Source: Anthoceros angustus
Taxonomy: Eukaryota; Plantae; Anthocerotophyta
Assembly: GCA_010909165.1 (NCBI GenBank)
Contig: MU008221.1
Location: forward strand, 1-64,000
Length of the DNA: 64,000 bases
Direction: 5' to 3'
The notes below the pieces were generated by a model. That model had not been told where the DNA came from, searched no databases, and saw only the letters and a list, made by a program, of their open reading frames with translations. Positions 1 through 11,642 of the stretch are shown one piece after another (the stretch's first letter is position 1; each line of letters begins with the position of its first letter). Position numbers and translations under genes: made by a program.

Positions 1-1979
1 AAAGTAATTTGCCACATGTGTGGAAGAAGTGAGACATGGGCGTGCTCATATTGCTGAGATTTTGCGAAGGGAGGACTGCTAGGTAGAGATGTGTGGCAAG
101 GGTTGCTGCAGGAAGATGGGCCAAGTGCCCGTAATGGTGGAATTGTGTGATCTCGTAGGGCTCTAGGTTGGGAGCTCAAGATGCGAGAGGAGCAGAATTG
201 GTGCAAGGATGGGAGCGAGGAGCTCATGTTGAGAGCAGCCACAAGGGTTGCAAGAGGAGGCCATGGCGGTGCCGAGGCACATGGAAGTGCTCTCAATGGA
301 GTCACGTGAGGATGGCATGATAGGCCGTGTTGAACTAGGAAAGGCTGGTAGAGCACTCACGCAGCTGAATTTGTAGATGGGCTGCAAGATGGAGGTGTGG
401 CCAAACCATAGGAAGGCGAAGGTTGCGGTGGCCGCAACATGGTGAAGGGATCACAACGGGTGTGCATCATGACGGCGGAATTTGCAAGTGCAAGTCAAAG
501 TGAAGGGAGGCCGTTGTGGTGGCCGCGAGGAGAATGGGTAGCAAGGAGGGTTGATACGATGATGTTGAGGCGTGAGGAGTTCACCGGGAATAACCATTTA
601 TTCGTGAGTTGCACAAGCCAATTTGGTGTGTTGGATGGAATGTAAGAACTCCAGTTAAGCCCTAGGGGTGGATCAAGATGGGGCCTTTGTGTGAGGTGTT
701 ATATTTGCGTGTCACATGAACCAATTGAGTGTTGAGTGGTGCACCCACGCCGGAGGTAGGTGTAGGGTGGTAGTGGATTTAGGGCATGGCACCCCACGAG
801 GGAGGGAGGTGCACCCTACGTGGAGCGTGTGTAGGGCGGAGGTCCGAGTTAAGGTAGTATGGTAGCACGTAGGTGTAAGGCGACCTACATAGGTAGGGGC
901 AGGGTCCCTACATGGTATGTGGGTAGGATGGTGCGTGTCCATAAGTAGGGAACAAAGGGGATGAGATGGTAGTATGTAGGGTGACTGTGGTGGCCCTACA
1001 TGGGTAGGATGTAGGGTAGCATGGACTCTAGGGCGGTAATAGGTAGGTCTCCACCGTAGGAGTGGGGTGAGGTCTCCACGTCAGGGAGGGGTGACCCTAC
1101 TTGGATACTTGGGAAGCAAGCTGTGATAGTACAAACCTAGGAAGTTGCTAAAGAGGATATAGCAAGGTTGTGGATAAATAGGATATATTAGGAATAATAA
1201 ACATAAATATGTGGGGTAGTGTAGGGTGGCCAAGTGCAAGCGGGTGTGAAATGGTGCCACATGGCAAGGAATCCGTATCAAGAGTGTGCACTAGCGGTGT
1301 AGGGAGTGGCACCTAGGAAGTCATGAGGAATGAGGAAGAGCTTGTGCAGAGCAAGGACTTGGTGAGAACGCTGTGCCCATGTGTGTGTGCAAGGAGAAGG
1401 AGGTGTGTGCATAAGGAGTTGTGTGTGAAGGGATTTGAAGCACAATCGTGAAGAGGGCAATGAATTTTTGTGCCTAGGACCTTGCAAGTGAGGGATTTGG
1501 GGCATAAGGAGTTGTTGTGAGGACATCAAGTTTGAGCTAGGTGGGACTGTGGAGTGAAGAGGAAGTAAGTGGAAAAGGAAGTTGCTCTCTTGGTGGATTT
1601 TGTGGCAGTGAAGAAATCTGTGTGTAGAACCTTGAGGTGACAACTAGGTGGAAGCGAGCATGGCGTACCCAAGCTTGTCTTGTTTGTGCGATTATTTTGA
1701 AGGTACAAGATGGTGGCGCTGCACCTAAGAAGGGCAAGTTGGTTGCTAGGGAGCAGGAGAAGAGGAACAGGAGGCCCGGAGGATAGGGATGCAAGGAGAT
1801 CGGTGTTGGACAGCTCGAGCGTGTATGGAAGGCGTGGGGATGACTTGTAGGAGGTGTGGGGTGGCCTACATCCGTAAGATCACCACGTGCGCGCATCTAG
1901 AGGTAATTGAGGGTGGTGGTAGCTTGGGTGTGGGCTCATTGCTTGGGGAGACTTTTCTTTAGAGGAGGCGGGGCATTAA
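1..1979. repeat. Degenerate G/TG-rich TE-derived sequence, possibly the LTR interior of a related family
   Basis: No credible ORF. Strongly G-rich strand with GGTAGG/GTAGGG motifs like those in family-1 LTRs. Contiguous with the LTR at 1980. Confidence 0.35.
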
Positions 1980-3196
1980 TGCTTGTCAACCCCGGTGGGT
2001 GTGTTGACTAGCTAGATAGGAATGTTGACAGGCCATTAAGGCTCACATAGGTGAAGTTGCTAGAATAGAATTTTACCCAAGATGCTTGGATGTCGAACTT
2101 AAAATCGGCTAGGATACACTAAAATAAGGAGTGAGGCGGTGCGAGGCGATGTGAGGACCTCCCTATAAAGGAGAGCTTGTGAAGTAAAATTATTCTTGCG
2201 CTCCCTCATGAGTCCTTTGCTCCTTGTGAAGGAAGTTCGTGCAGCGCAAGCTAGCAGCGTTTGGTAGAGGAGTTTGCGGCGGTCAGTGCTGTGAGCTCGC
2301 TCCTTGCGGGCCTCTGCCGGGTTGCTCCCTTGTGAATAGTTCTTTGTGAAATTGCTTTGCTTTGGGTGTGTGGCGATGCCCAAGGAACTCTCGGCGAGGG
2401 TAGACTACGGGGAAAGACTCACGGAGGTTCTCATCAGTGCAAACTCATGCCCAAGGAAGAACTTGTTAGCTTGTGGCGGACCCAGGCGGTTGTCTGTAGG
2501 CGGCAAGGCAGTGAGCTTGAAGTAAGGTTAGATTAGGAGGATGAGGAGTTGAGTTGAGGTGAGTGTTGAGAATGTGGAGCTGAATGTTGAGTAGAGTAGG
2601 TAGAGTTAGGAGTAAGAAGAGGCCCAAGTCGAGCCTAAGGGAGGTCCCAAATGCACCAAACCAGACTGGGCTAAGGTCTCAAAATCACGGTGGAGGTCAG
2701 CGGCTGTAGGAGTCCCTATGTCGTGACGGTGGACCTACGTAGTGAGGCGGGACCTCTGTTGTGGATGTTGTAGGTCAAGAGTGGTGATTACGGGCGTCAG
2801 TGGCGTGGGCTCCGAGAGTTGGTGGTTGAGGATGTAAATTGTGGGAAGGCGATGGGAAAGGAATAGTGGAAGATCACGGGGTGGTGAATTGGCGTTACAA
2901 CGTGAAGTCCCTACGTGGTAACTCGACCCTCTGGTAGGATGTGGACCTCGTCGTAGGGTGTCGTTGTAGGTAGGCGTGGTGAATTCAGCGGTCGGTGTAG
3001 GCTGCTGTAGAGGGAGGCGTGAGGCGCCTTGCTTGTTTAGAAGGCGGTAGTGTGTAGCTGTAGGTGGCGGCCGATTTCTCAAGATCCGACCGTTCCACAA
3101 GTCTCATGGGGCCGAAACCCAGCGTCTACGCAGGTGGGATAAGTGTAGCCAGGAGGGCCTTCTGGTGAATCTCGGAAGCCCGGGATGCCCACCACA
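1980..3196 (+). mobile_element. 3' part of a Gypsy family-1 LTR, abutting an oppositely oriented LTR
   Basis: Matches 38680-39656 and the reverse complement of 11647-12540 (e.g. GTCTCATGGGGCCGAAACCCAGCG, TAGAATAGAATTT). Ends ...CCCACCACA at 3196 with no PBS after it. TATA-like CCTATAAA at ~2162. Confidence 0.8.
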
Positions 3197-5347
3197 ACAT
3201 GGTTGAGTGCTTCACAAGCACTCCAATTCTCCTAGGGCCCAATTCCTTCCACCTTGCTGGAAATCTCCAGCTCTTGCACCTCGGGCCATCAGCGGTGCAG
3301 GTCCCCTCGTCGCTCCATCCGCTCTCCCCCAGCGGGAGATGGTGGCCTCGGCGCCGCGGCGCTTCTGCTTCTCCTTCCCTTCCCTACGCCGTGGCTGCTT
3401 TCTGGCGTGGGGTGCCCCCTGCGGTGGCTGCTCCCCGCGTGATGCGCCCACCTACCATGGTGGGCGGCTCCCTACCGCCTACCCCTGGGTGTGCCTCCCG
3501 GTGAGGTGGGGTGCCTCTCTCGGCACAAAGGAGATGGTGGGGACTCCCCCACTCCCTTGGGTCACCCCTCACTGTAGTCCTCCTCTCATAGACTACCATT
3601 CGGCCTTCCTCGGTTCCACCCTCTCCTCTTCTTGCTCACAGCGGAAAGATTCCCACTCGGCAACCTTGTTGCCTCTCATCCTCCTCTTGCTTCTAGCATG
3701 CTTGTGGAGAGTCGACCTCCCTCTTCCTCAATGCAAAGGCAAAATTTCCAAACCTCGGTGGAGATGGATGACCTCGAAGGATGCCAAGCATCTTCAACTC
3801 CTTGCTTGTGAGAAGTCCCTCGGTTTCCACAAATGCACCAAATAGGTGCTAAGGTAAGGGCCTTCCTCATCCACGAATTTGGCGAGCTTCTCGGTGGTGG
3901 ATGTAGGCCTCATACATAAGTCCCCAATCCGGCTCCCATGAAATCTTCCACAAAATTGGAGGAAGTTGGTCTTTGAAATAGAAGTCGTTGGTAATTCAAC
4001 CCCAGCACAATCTTTGAGCCTCCACTTGACTCCTTGATGCTCTCGGTCTTCCAGCCATTCTTGGCGTGGGCCTTCCTCCTCCATCCATCATGTCGAGCTC
4101 CTGCGGGATGTCGGAGGGGCGTCCTCTTCCTCCATTCGACCTTTCGAGGAGAGCAATTCGAGCTCTCTTCCTCCGGTCTCCATACACAGCCGAATGCTCC
4201 ACGGTCCAGCGAGGATCCGTTCGAGCATTCCTTTTAGCGGCAGGGCCTTCGATTGATGGAGGTTGATCACTCCTCAATCAATTCCAAATTGGTGTAGGCC
4301 CATTGGCGGCCATACACCCATCCAATTGGATGTTCTCCTCCTCGCCTTGCGAAAATCAACCAAATCCGGGGTTGAGCTGCCAGCAAGTGAATTGGGCATC
4401 ACAAGCTCACCTCCCCACAGCGTGGCCCCTGCCCTTTTCCTTTCCTCTCGAGGAGGCCTTTGAGGCTCCTTCCCTTGCCTTTTCTCCCAGGCATGGCACC
4501 TTCCTTCAAGTTCAAAGGAATTACTTCCAATTAGCAAACTTCTCCCAAACACTCCTTCCTTGTAGCAAACCCACTGAGCACACGTTAGCCTGGCTTGAGC
4601 TCGGTGCCAATTCCTCGTTCTCCTTCCGGGCGGCGCCGCTGGTGGCAGCTCCTCTTCTTCGCTTTGCTTCCTCGCTTCAACCTTCTCTCCCGCGCGGCTC
4701 CTTGGCTCCGCGCTTCCCACCACGCTCCTTCCCTTTCCGGGTCGCCCTTGGTTGGGGTCTCCTCCTCCTCTCCCGCTAGGGCCTCTCTTGCGCGCCCTCC
4801 TCTTGCTCGATGGCGGTGGCGCGATGGCGACTTCCTTCCTCCCCTTCTTACGCTCGGCTCCAGTCTCGTCTTGTGCGCTCGCGAAGAGGAAGTTGGCGCA
4901 CTTTGCCTCTTTGGATGGCACGGCAACCCTAGATTGGTTCATCATTCCAAAATCCTAATTCTATCTAAAACCTATTTTTCTATTCTAATCTCTAATTACT
5001 CTATATATTTATTCCCTATTGGTGAGCATATATAGTGGATATCCCCCTATTCTTCCTTTTTGAGATTCGCTCTACTGCTGCCGACTTACCGGTGATGCTC
5101 CTTTCTCGACCTACGGCGTGTGTGGCGACCCTCGTGATGCCGACCTACCAACCTTCGGTTGCCCTCACGCCGCTGGGGTCGTTTGACCCGTTCTTCTTCT
5201 GGGATATCCTTCGCCTTCCTAACAATATCCTACAACTCCGACTTCAAGATTCTCGGAAAATTTCTTGGCATGCTCCTCTTCAATCGTTCTAGCCAAAAAA
5301 ATCAAACTTGTTGTCTTGGCTCTTGCTTGCCCAAACTTTTCGTTCCA
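3197..5347 (-). mobile_element. 3' LTR (5' half retained) of Gypsy element A
   Basis: Follows the PPT on the minus strand and starts TGGAACG. Homologous to 14125-14490 plus 20953-22900, and to 35324-37510 (reverse complement). Confidence 0.9.
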
Positions 5348-5364
5348 TACTCCCCACCTCACTG
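5348..5364 (-). promoter_or_regulatory. Polypurine tract of Gypsy element A
   Basis: Minus strand CAGTGAGGTGGGGAGTA immediately before the LTR start; same arrangement at 22901-22917. Confidence 0.8.
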
Positions 5365-8300
5365 TTTGCGTCCTGAAACAGCAGTACTCGGTACTTCTTG
5401 ACCTTCCACCCATTGACTCGGTGGGCAAGCCCATTCGAGTTGCAGATCCATTCTATCTGCGACTCCTCGTAAGGTCCCATCCATCTCGCTAAGCTTCCTG
5501 GAAAGTCTAGGTACTATCATATAGAAGAACCAAATCCCGTCGATAGTCCTCCTTCCTCAACTTCCCATCATGCATCTTTTGAGTTCACAATTTGTGTTTC
5601 TTCTAAAGCATCCTCCCTCGTTCCTCTGCTATGAAAGCTTCTACCTAGCTACGACCTCTCATCATCGTTCATCCTCCATGATCACAGAGGTAGGTACTTC
5701 AAATTCCACGGGCATCACGGTGACATATATTAGATAATAAGGGTCTTCTTGGTGGTTACCTTCTCCGGTCTGTAGGCCCACAATCTTTGAATGCAACTTA
5801 GCATCCCAATCATACATGTGTGTTGATTACCTTGGTGAGGATTGTGCGAGCAACCCATTCGTCTTCTCCGTCAATCCGTTTGCCTTTGGGGTTGTAGGGG
5901 TCGTCTTCGATGATGTTGAAGTAGGTGGTTAGGGACTCGGCAGCGAGTTGAGGAAATGTGTCCCGTCGTGACCAACTCTAAAGGACATCCGTACCTCGTT
6001 ATGATGTTCTCGAATAAAAATTTGCACTGCGGTCGTCATCCTTCCGTCCTTCCACCACCATCTTGTACAATAATCCGTAGCCACCAAAATGTCTTTGCTT
6101 CTTGTCCATTGCGTTGGTGGTTTGATCGGTCCTCTGAAATCGATTCCCCACTTCTCGAAGGTGCTAACGGTAAGATGTAGGTAAGAGGCCATTGTGTAGC
6201 GTGCCGGCACCCTCACGACCGCGTCACACCTCGGTGAACTCCCACATCCTTTTGCATCGTAGCCCACGAACCCGCATTCAAAATCTTCTTAACGGTCACA
6301 CTGCGAATAGTGTCCACCGCCTCTACGCATGTGCCTCCGTGTGAAGCGCCTCAGGCATCTCGGATCTCGTCCGGCCCAACTTGTATGGGGCTTCCCTCAG
6401 CGATTTTATGGAGAAAACTCGCCCTTCCCTGGACAACCCCGGGCATGATTCCATGCTCCGAGAATTTGTACCTATTCAGATATCTCGGGCATGAACGCCC
6501 CTCGCGTTCTAATCTCCTCCTTCGGCATACCGTCGCCTCCTGCTGTCCGTTAGTAGCCCCGTGGCGTGGATCCATCACAATCCGCCTCCTTGCTTCCCAT
6601 CTTTGCGTTCCTTCACCGGCCCGTTTATGCTCCTCCTCATGGGCGATTTTTTCCATTCGCTGGCCTTCCTCGTCTAGGTCCAGCTCATGCTCATGGCGAC
6701 CTCCCGCCTTCCTGCACCTCCATGTCCTCATGGGGTGATTTCCCATGAATCCGCCATCTCCCTCTCCTGGGTTTCTTCAAGCTTGTCATGCATGCCTCCT
6801 TCCTTTTGCCAACTCGTGGCCTCCACTTGCAGCCCTCACTGCTCACCCTTGAGAGCATTTCAGCCTCCTCCTCGCGCCCATCTTGGCGCCGCTATCTCCC
6901 TCGGATTCCAGTTGTCCTGCTGCGGCTTTTCACACTCGCTCCCTTCTTGCTCATTTGGCCTCTCTTGCTAGCAAGACTTTGATCAATTCTTAGGCCGTCT
7001 ACAATGCTCACGTCCTCTCCTTGACCGGTGCGGCGACCAACTCCTCGTCGAAAATCGGTCATGCAGCCTCAAGTCGCTCTCCGGTTTTGGGCGAAATGAA
7101 ATCAGCGATGTTGCTTCCACAGCCTAGTTTCTCGTCGTAGTCAAACTCTTGCAGCGATGGTACCCACACGGCAATCCTTCGACAAATGTTGACAAGATAC
7201 TTCAGCAAAATGGTCAACATGAAGCGTCACCTTGCAAAGCGGATAGTGTCTAAACTTCTTACGAGTAAATGATACCAAGACCCTCCGCTCCGTGGTTGAG
7301 TAGTTCTTTTCGGCATCCGTGTTGTCTAAGCATAGAAAATCGGATGATCCGTTTCTTCTCGTCCTTACGGCTTAGAGCGGTCCCAATGGCATAGCGGACA
7401 CATCCCGTATACATGAAGCGGTTTCTCCCAATCCCGGTTGTAGCGTTGGTGCGCTCACCAAAGCTGTCCCTTCTTTGAAAAGCCTCACTGTCTTGCGTTG
7501 TCCATTCGAAGGTGTATCCTTCTTGGTCAATTGTGTCAACAAGGCTGCCTTCTTGGCGAAATCCTTGATGAACCTCTGTAATATCCTACCAGCCTACAAA
7601 AGCCTTTGCCTCACCGTTTGTGTGCGTCCATCTCTATCTCTTGCTACCTTCTCCTTATCTACAATCCTAAATCGACTGCTAACAAAATGCCCTCTCATGC
7701 CAAAATAACACTTCCACGGATGAAGTTTCATGTTCGACTCTGCATTTACACTTAATCTAAATGATCCTCTTCCTCACACAAAATCATAGGAATACCTCCA
7801 TGAACTTCCTCGGAAAATCTCGAATATGCGTTCACCACCGTTGGAAAGTGGCGGGGCAGTTAAAGGAGCTTGAATAAGCGTAAGTTCCCCAATCCGTTGT
7901 GTTGTCACGATCCTCCTTCCTCCGAAATCGATTGTACCGAATACCCATCAAGCTGTACATCATCGCTCATGTCTACTGTCCATGAAAGGCAAAGGTGATG
8001 ATCCTTCTTCGTTGCTTCATTGAGCTTCACGAAATCTTGACACACGAACCTTTCCTGCGCTTCTTTGGTACAATCACGATGGTGCGACCCACTCCTGGTG
8101 AGCCGGATAAATCACCTGCCTCCAAATATTGGTCGGTGATCCTTAACAACCATGGAATACTTGGGATTATTTTGTGATCCTCACGCCCTCCTTCAATCGA
8201 TTCGATGTATCCCAGTTCGGTATCTGTCATGTCGGTAATCTTGAAGGCAAACACATCGACATACTCCCTAAAGCACTCTGAAACTCTTCTTTCTCTACAT

Positions 8301-11300
8301 CCTAGATACCTAGAAAATCTTGACTACCTTGCGGGTTCTAACTCTAAGTCCTCTACGCCGGGATCTATATGCCGGGCCTATCTGGTTCGGATCCCTCTTC
8401 GGAAAATCTCGATCATAAGCTTACCCTTCCAAAAGGCTACTCCTTCTCTATGTGCCTCATCTTGACTCTTCTACTTCCTCTATATAAGCGTACACCAAAA
8501 TCACTCTTTATTTGGACCTCGGTGATATGCTCGATCCTTTGCAGGAGCTTACCCCTACAGGTGTACCCAGTGGTTGCGGACTCCCCTCATAGGAGCCTTG
8601 CTCCATGACACAAAGCGATCGCGGGTCCTCTTGGACTTGAAGGTGATGCCACTCGACCAAAATCAAAAACACGGTACCATACAACCAAGGCCTACCTATC
8701 AAAACCTTATAGCCTAAATCCGACGGCGCATCACAATGTAGGTAAGATGGAAGGTGAGTCCCCAATCACAGTGGGTACATTCTTGACACCCCAGTGGCTT
8801 TCCTCCTTATGTCGGCCATCCGTAAAATACTCGGGCGGGTGAAACTCGGTGAACCCAAGTTGATGGTCTCCTCCGTCATCAAGTTGACTCGATCCGAATC
8901 TAATGGCACGTCGGGCACCAAACACACCGCAATTTCAACCTCAATCTCGGGTGCCCCAAATCAACAAGTTCGACCACATTTACCTCCGGCGTTTCTCCCT
9001 CCCACTACTTGATTCCACGATCGCCTCCTTCACAATTTTGCGGGATCTCGGACTCACAAACAAGCTCTCAGCGACCACAAATTCGCGGTCAAGCAATGCG
9101 TCGTGGAGATCTTATCGACAAGGTTTCCTCCCGTTTGCAGCCACAGCGCTGGTCGACTCGACCTTATTGGTAAAGTTCGATTCCATGATCCCTCCTATCG
9201 GTTGGGACCCTACCCAGCGGATCCAATTTACGGCTCGCCACCTTCTTCTTCCGTCGGGTGAGCAGCTCATCTTCCGGCGCCGCCCGCCTCGGCTGATATG
9301 GGAGGAAGCGATTCGTTCCCCTCCTTGGCCCCCTTCCGCCCTAGGGTGGCTGTCTACAGAGTCGGACTCTACTTTGGGTTGGGTGGGCCCGTTCCTTCTC
9401 CTCTCCGCGCTTGGGCGCGCGGCGTCTGAGCCAGTGAGTCGTCCCTCACCTTCCTCCTTCCTTTCCTCACCTCACGCCGTTTTCCGCCTCGGCCTTTCTC
9501 CCGCTGATCGGTGGTCACCACCATCAATCCTTCATCCATCTCTCCCTTACCCTTCCTCCACGATTCCGATGTCACCGATTGAAATCATACTCGCCTCCAC
9601 CTTGAACCGGTGGTCACGGTGATCGCGGTTTCGGGGTTGGGCCGTGCCTCCTCTACCAGTTCTGAACGACCCTCGTCTGGTCACTCGCCACCCGACACAC
9701 AGGATCCCCATTTATGTCCTAATTCCTTGCATACTTGACAAAGGGTACATAACCCCCACTTCGTGGTTACGGCATTCATTTGAGTAGTGACACGGTGCTC
9801 CGCAATTATAACAACACCTGTGGAATCGCCATCGGCCTGCGATGGATCGGTCTCCATGGTCACGGCGATGTCGGTCGTGATCCATACCTCGAGGGGCGGT
9901 GTAGTCGGTTGGTAAGTCGCCCTCATTGATTGAGGTGGCCGACTTCGGTGACGCTTGCACATAAGCTTCATCCACATACCAATAATCCCCGGCATGGCGG
10001 TTTCCACATGATTTACCGCATGTCGTGGTGCGAATACATTCGGTTGGTGTGTCCCGTTTGATGACAAATTGAGCAATACACCAAGCCGCGTGAGGAGATC
10101 TTTGGAGCTTGATTCTTCACGCTTTGACCTCTAACTCGGTCAATCTTGGTCAAAGCCTCCACTTGTCCGCAATTCCCCTCCTGCTGCGGGCGTTTCTCCC
10201 TTCTCCATCCGACGGACCGTCTTCCTTTCCTCTCCTTCTCCGATGCGTTCCGCCTCTTGCGTTTTGACCTTCTCCGGGTCCTTCTTCATTCTCGTTAGGC
10301 CTTCTCGATTCCTCATCCGATGTGGAGCTTTCTTGAGTTCGCTGTCCTCACTTTCGATGAGGATGAGGCGACAGTGGAGGCGGAGGAAGGCGAGCTAGAT
10401 CTCCTCGATCCTTTCCTCTTCTTATGACTTAGCCTCTTCTTCTCCTCCTCCCTAACTCGGACTCCCATTCCTCGGCCAAGCGGAGGCCCTAGTCTTCGTC
10501 CCGTCTGCGGTGTACCTCCATTTTCGAGACAAGCCACTCACAAACCAATCCAGCGCTTGCTCTTGTGAGTACCAGTGGGTGGATCCCGGCTCTCGGGTGC
10601 ACATTTGAACTCGATCGGATACCCATAAAACCTCTCCACATAATCGAACAAAGATTCTCGCTTCTTCCTACGAAGGGTCCTCAGCTTCGCCAAAGTGTGG
10701 TGTGCATAGCTGAGCCCTCGGAACCGATTCAAGAAGGCTGCTTTGAGAGCTTCCCAATCCGTTGGCGCCACCGAATTATAGGTGCGACCATACCACTGTT
10801 GTGCATGCCCTCTCAGCAGTCCCGGAAAGATGCGCAGTCGATCGGCGACTCCATCCTCCAAATTAGCGTGGGAGACGTGCTCGAAAGTTCTTACAAACGC
10901 CTCCGCGTCATCTCCCTTCTTCTACTTTGGCGTATTCTTTGGCGGTGGGTGGCCTCCTCCTCCAACTCCACTCATGTTGCTCGTCGATGTCCCCCCCACT
11001 CTTCTTCCTCGGGGACGGAGCGAGATCGGGTCGAAATCTACCAGCGGAGTAGCGACCTCCCCTGGTCGTCCCAAAGATCAATCGATTGATGATCGGCGTT
11101 CCAATCCAAACCGGGCACTGAAATTCCTCACGACCTCGTCGTCGTCGATTTGTTGGAAGTTGGTGGTGCGTCGCGGGTCGGCGAAATCGCGGCGCTGGTC
11201 GCGCTCGGAGTGCGCCTCTTCGTCCTAAACCTCTTCCTCCACGACCTCCTTCCTCTCGGCGATCTCGCCTCCTCCTCCTCCCCGCCTCCCGTCACCTCCC

Positions 11301-11627
11301 GTTTTCCTCACTTCGTCCCCTCGTGATTCTCTCTTCCTCTGCCCTCGGCGGCGGCGGTCTCTTCCTGCGATTCTCGTAAGCTCGCTCGTCTCTTGCGGTG
11401 GCGGTGGTGACCTTCCCGTGTATCTCTCGAGATCGACCCCTACGACATGCACCATCCTCATGTCCTCCAACCCACGGTGTTAAGAAGGAAGCAAACCACA
11501 CCCTTTAGTGTCTCATTCACCCCTATGACAACTTAGGTCGTGGTTCCTCTTCTCACAACATATGGTGACCCTCGGTCCCTTTCAAGCATTACGACCTAGC
11601 GATGGAAACCACTTCAACTTTCAACAA

Positions 11628-11642
11628 GTCCCGACAGCGCCA
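11628..11642 (-). promoter_or_regulatory. Primer-binding site of element A
   Basis: Minus strand TGGCGCTGTCGGGAC after a TTTT spacer, directly downstream of the LTR end (CTACCACA). TGGCG-type PBS as in Athila/Tat-like elements; the tRNA is not assigned. Confidence 0.7.

Noticed and set aside
3199-5035. Many plus-strand Pro/Leu/Ser-rich ORFs (also 8903-9622, 12900-13313, 50804-52277)
   Set aside because: Shadow frames opposite purine-rich coding or LTR sequence; no motifs.
11628-11642. Assignment of the PBS to a specific tRNA
   Set aside because: It resembles Lys/Asp-type TGGCG sites but does not match any tRNA end I can recall exactly.
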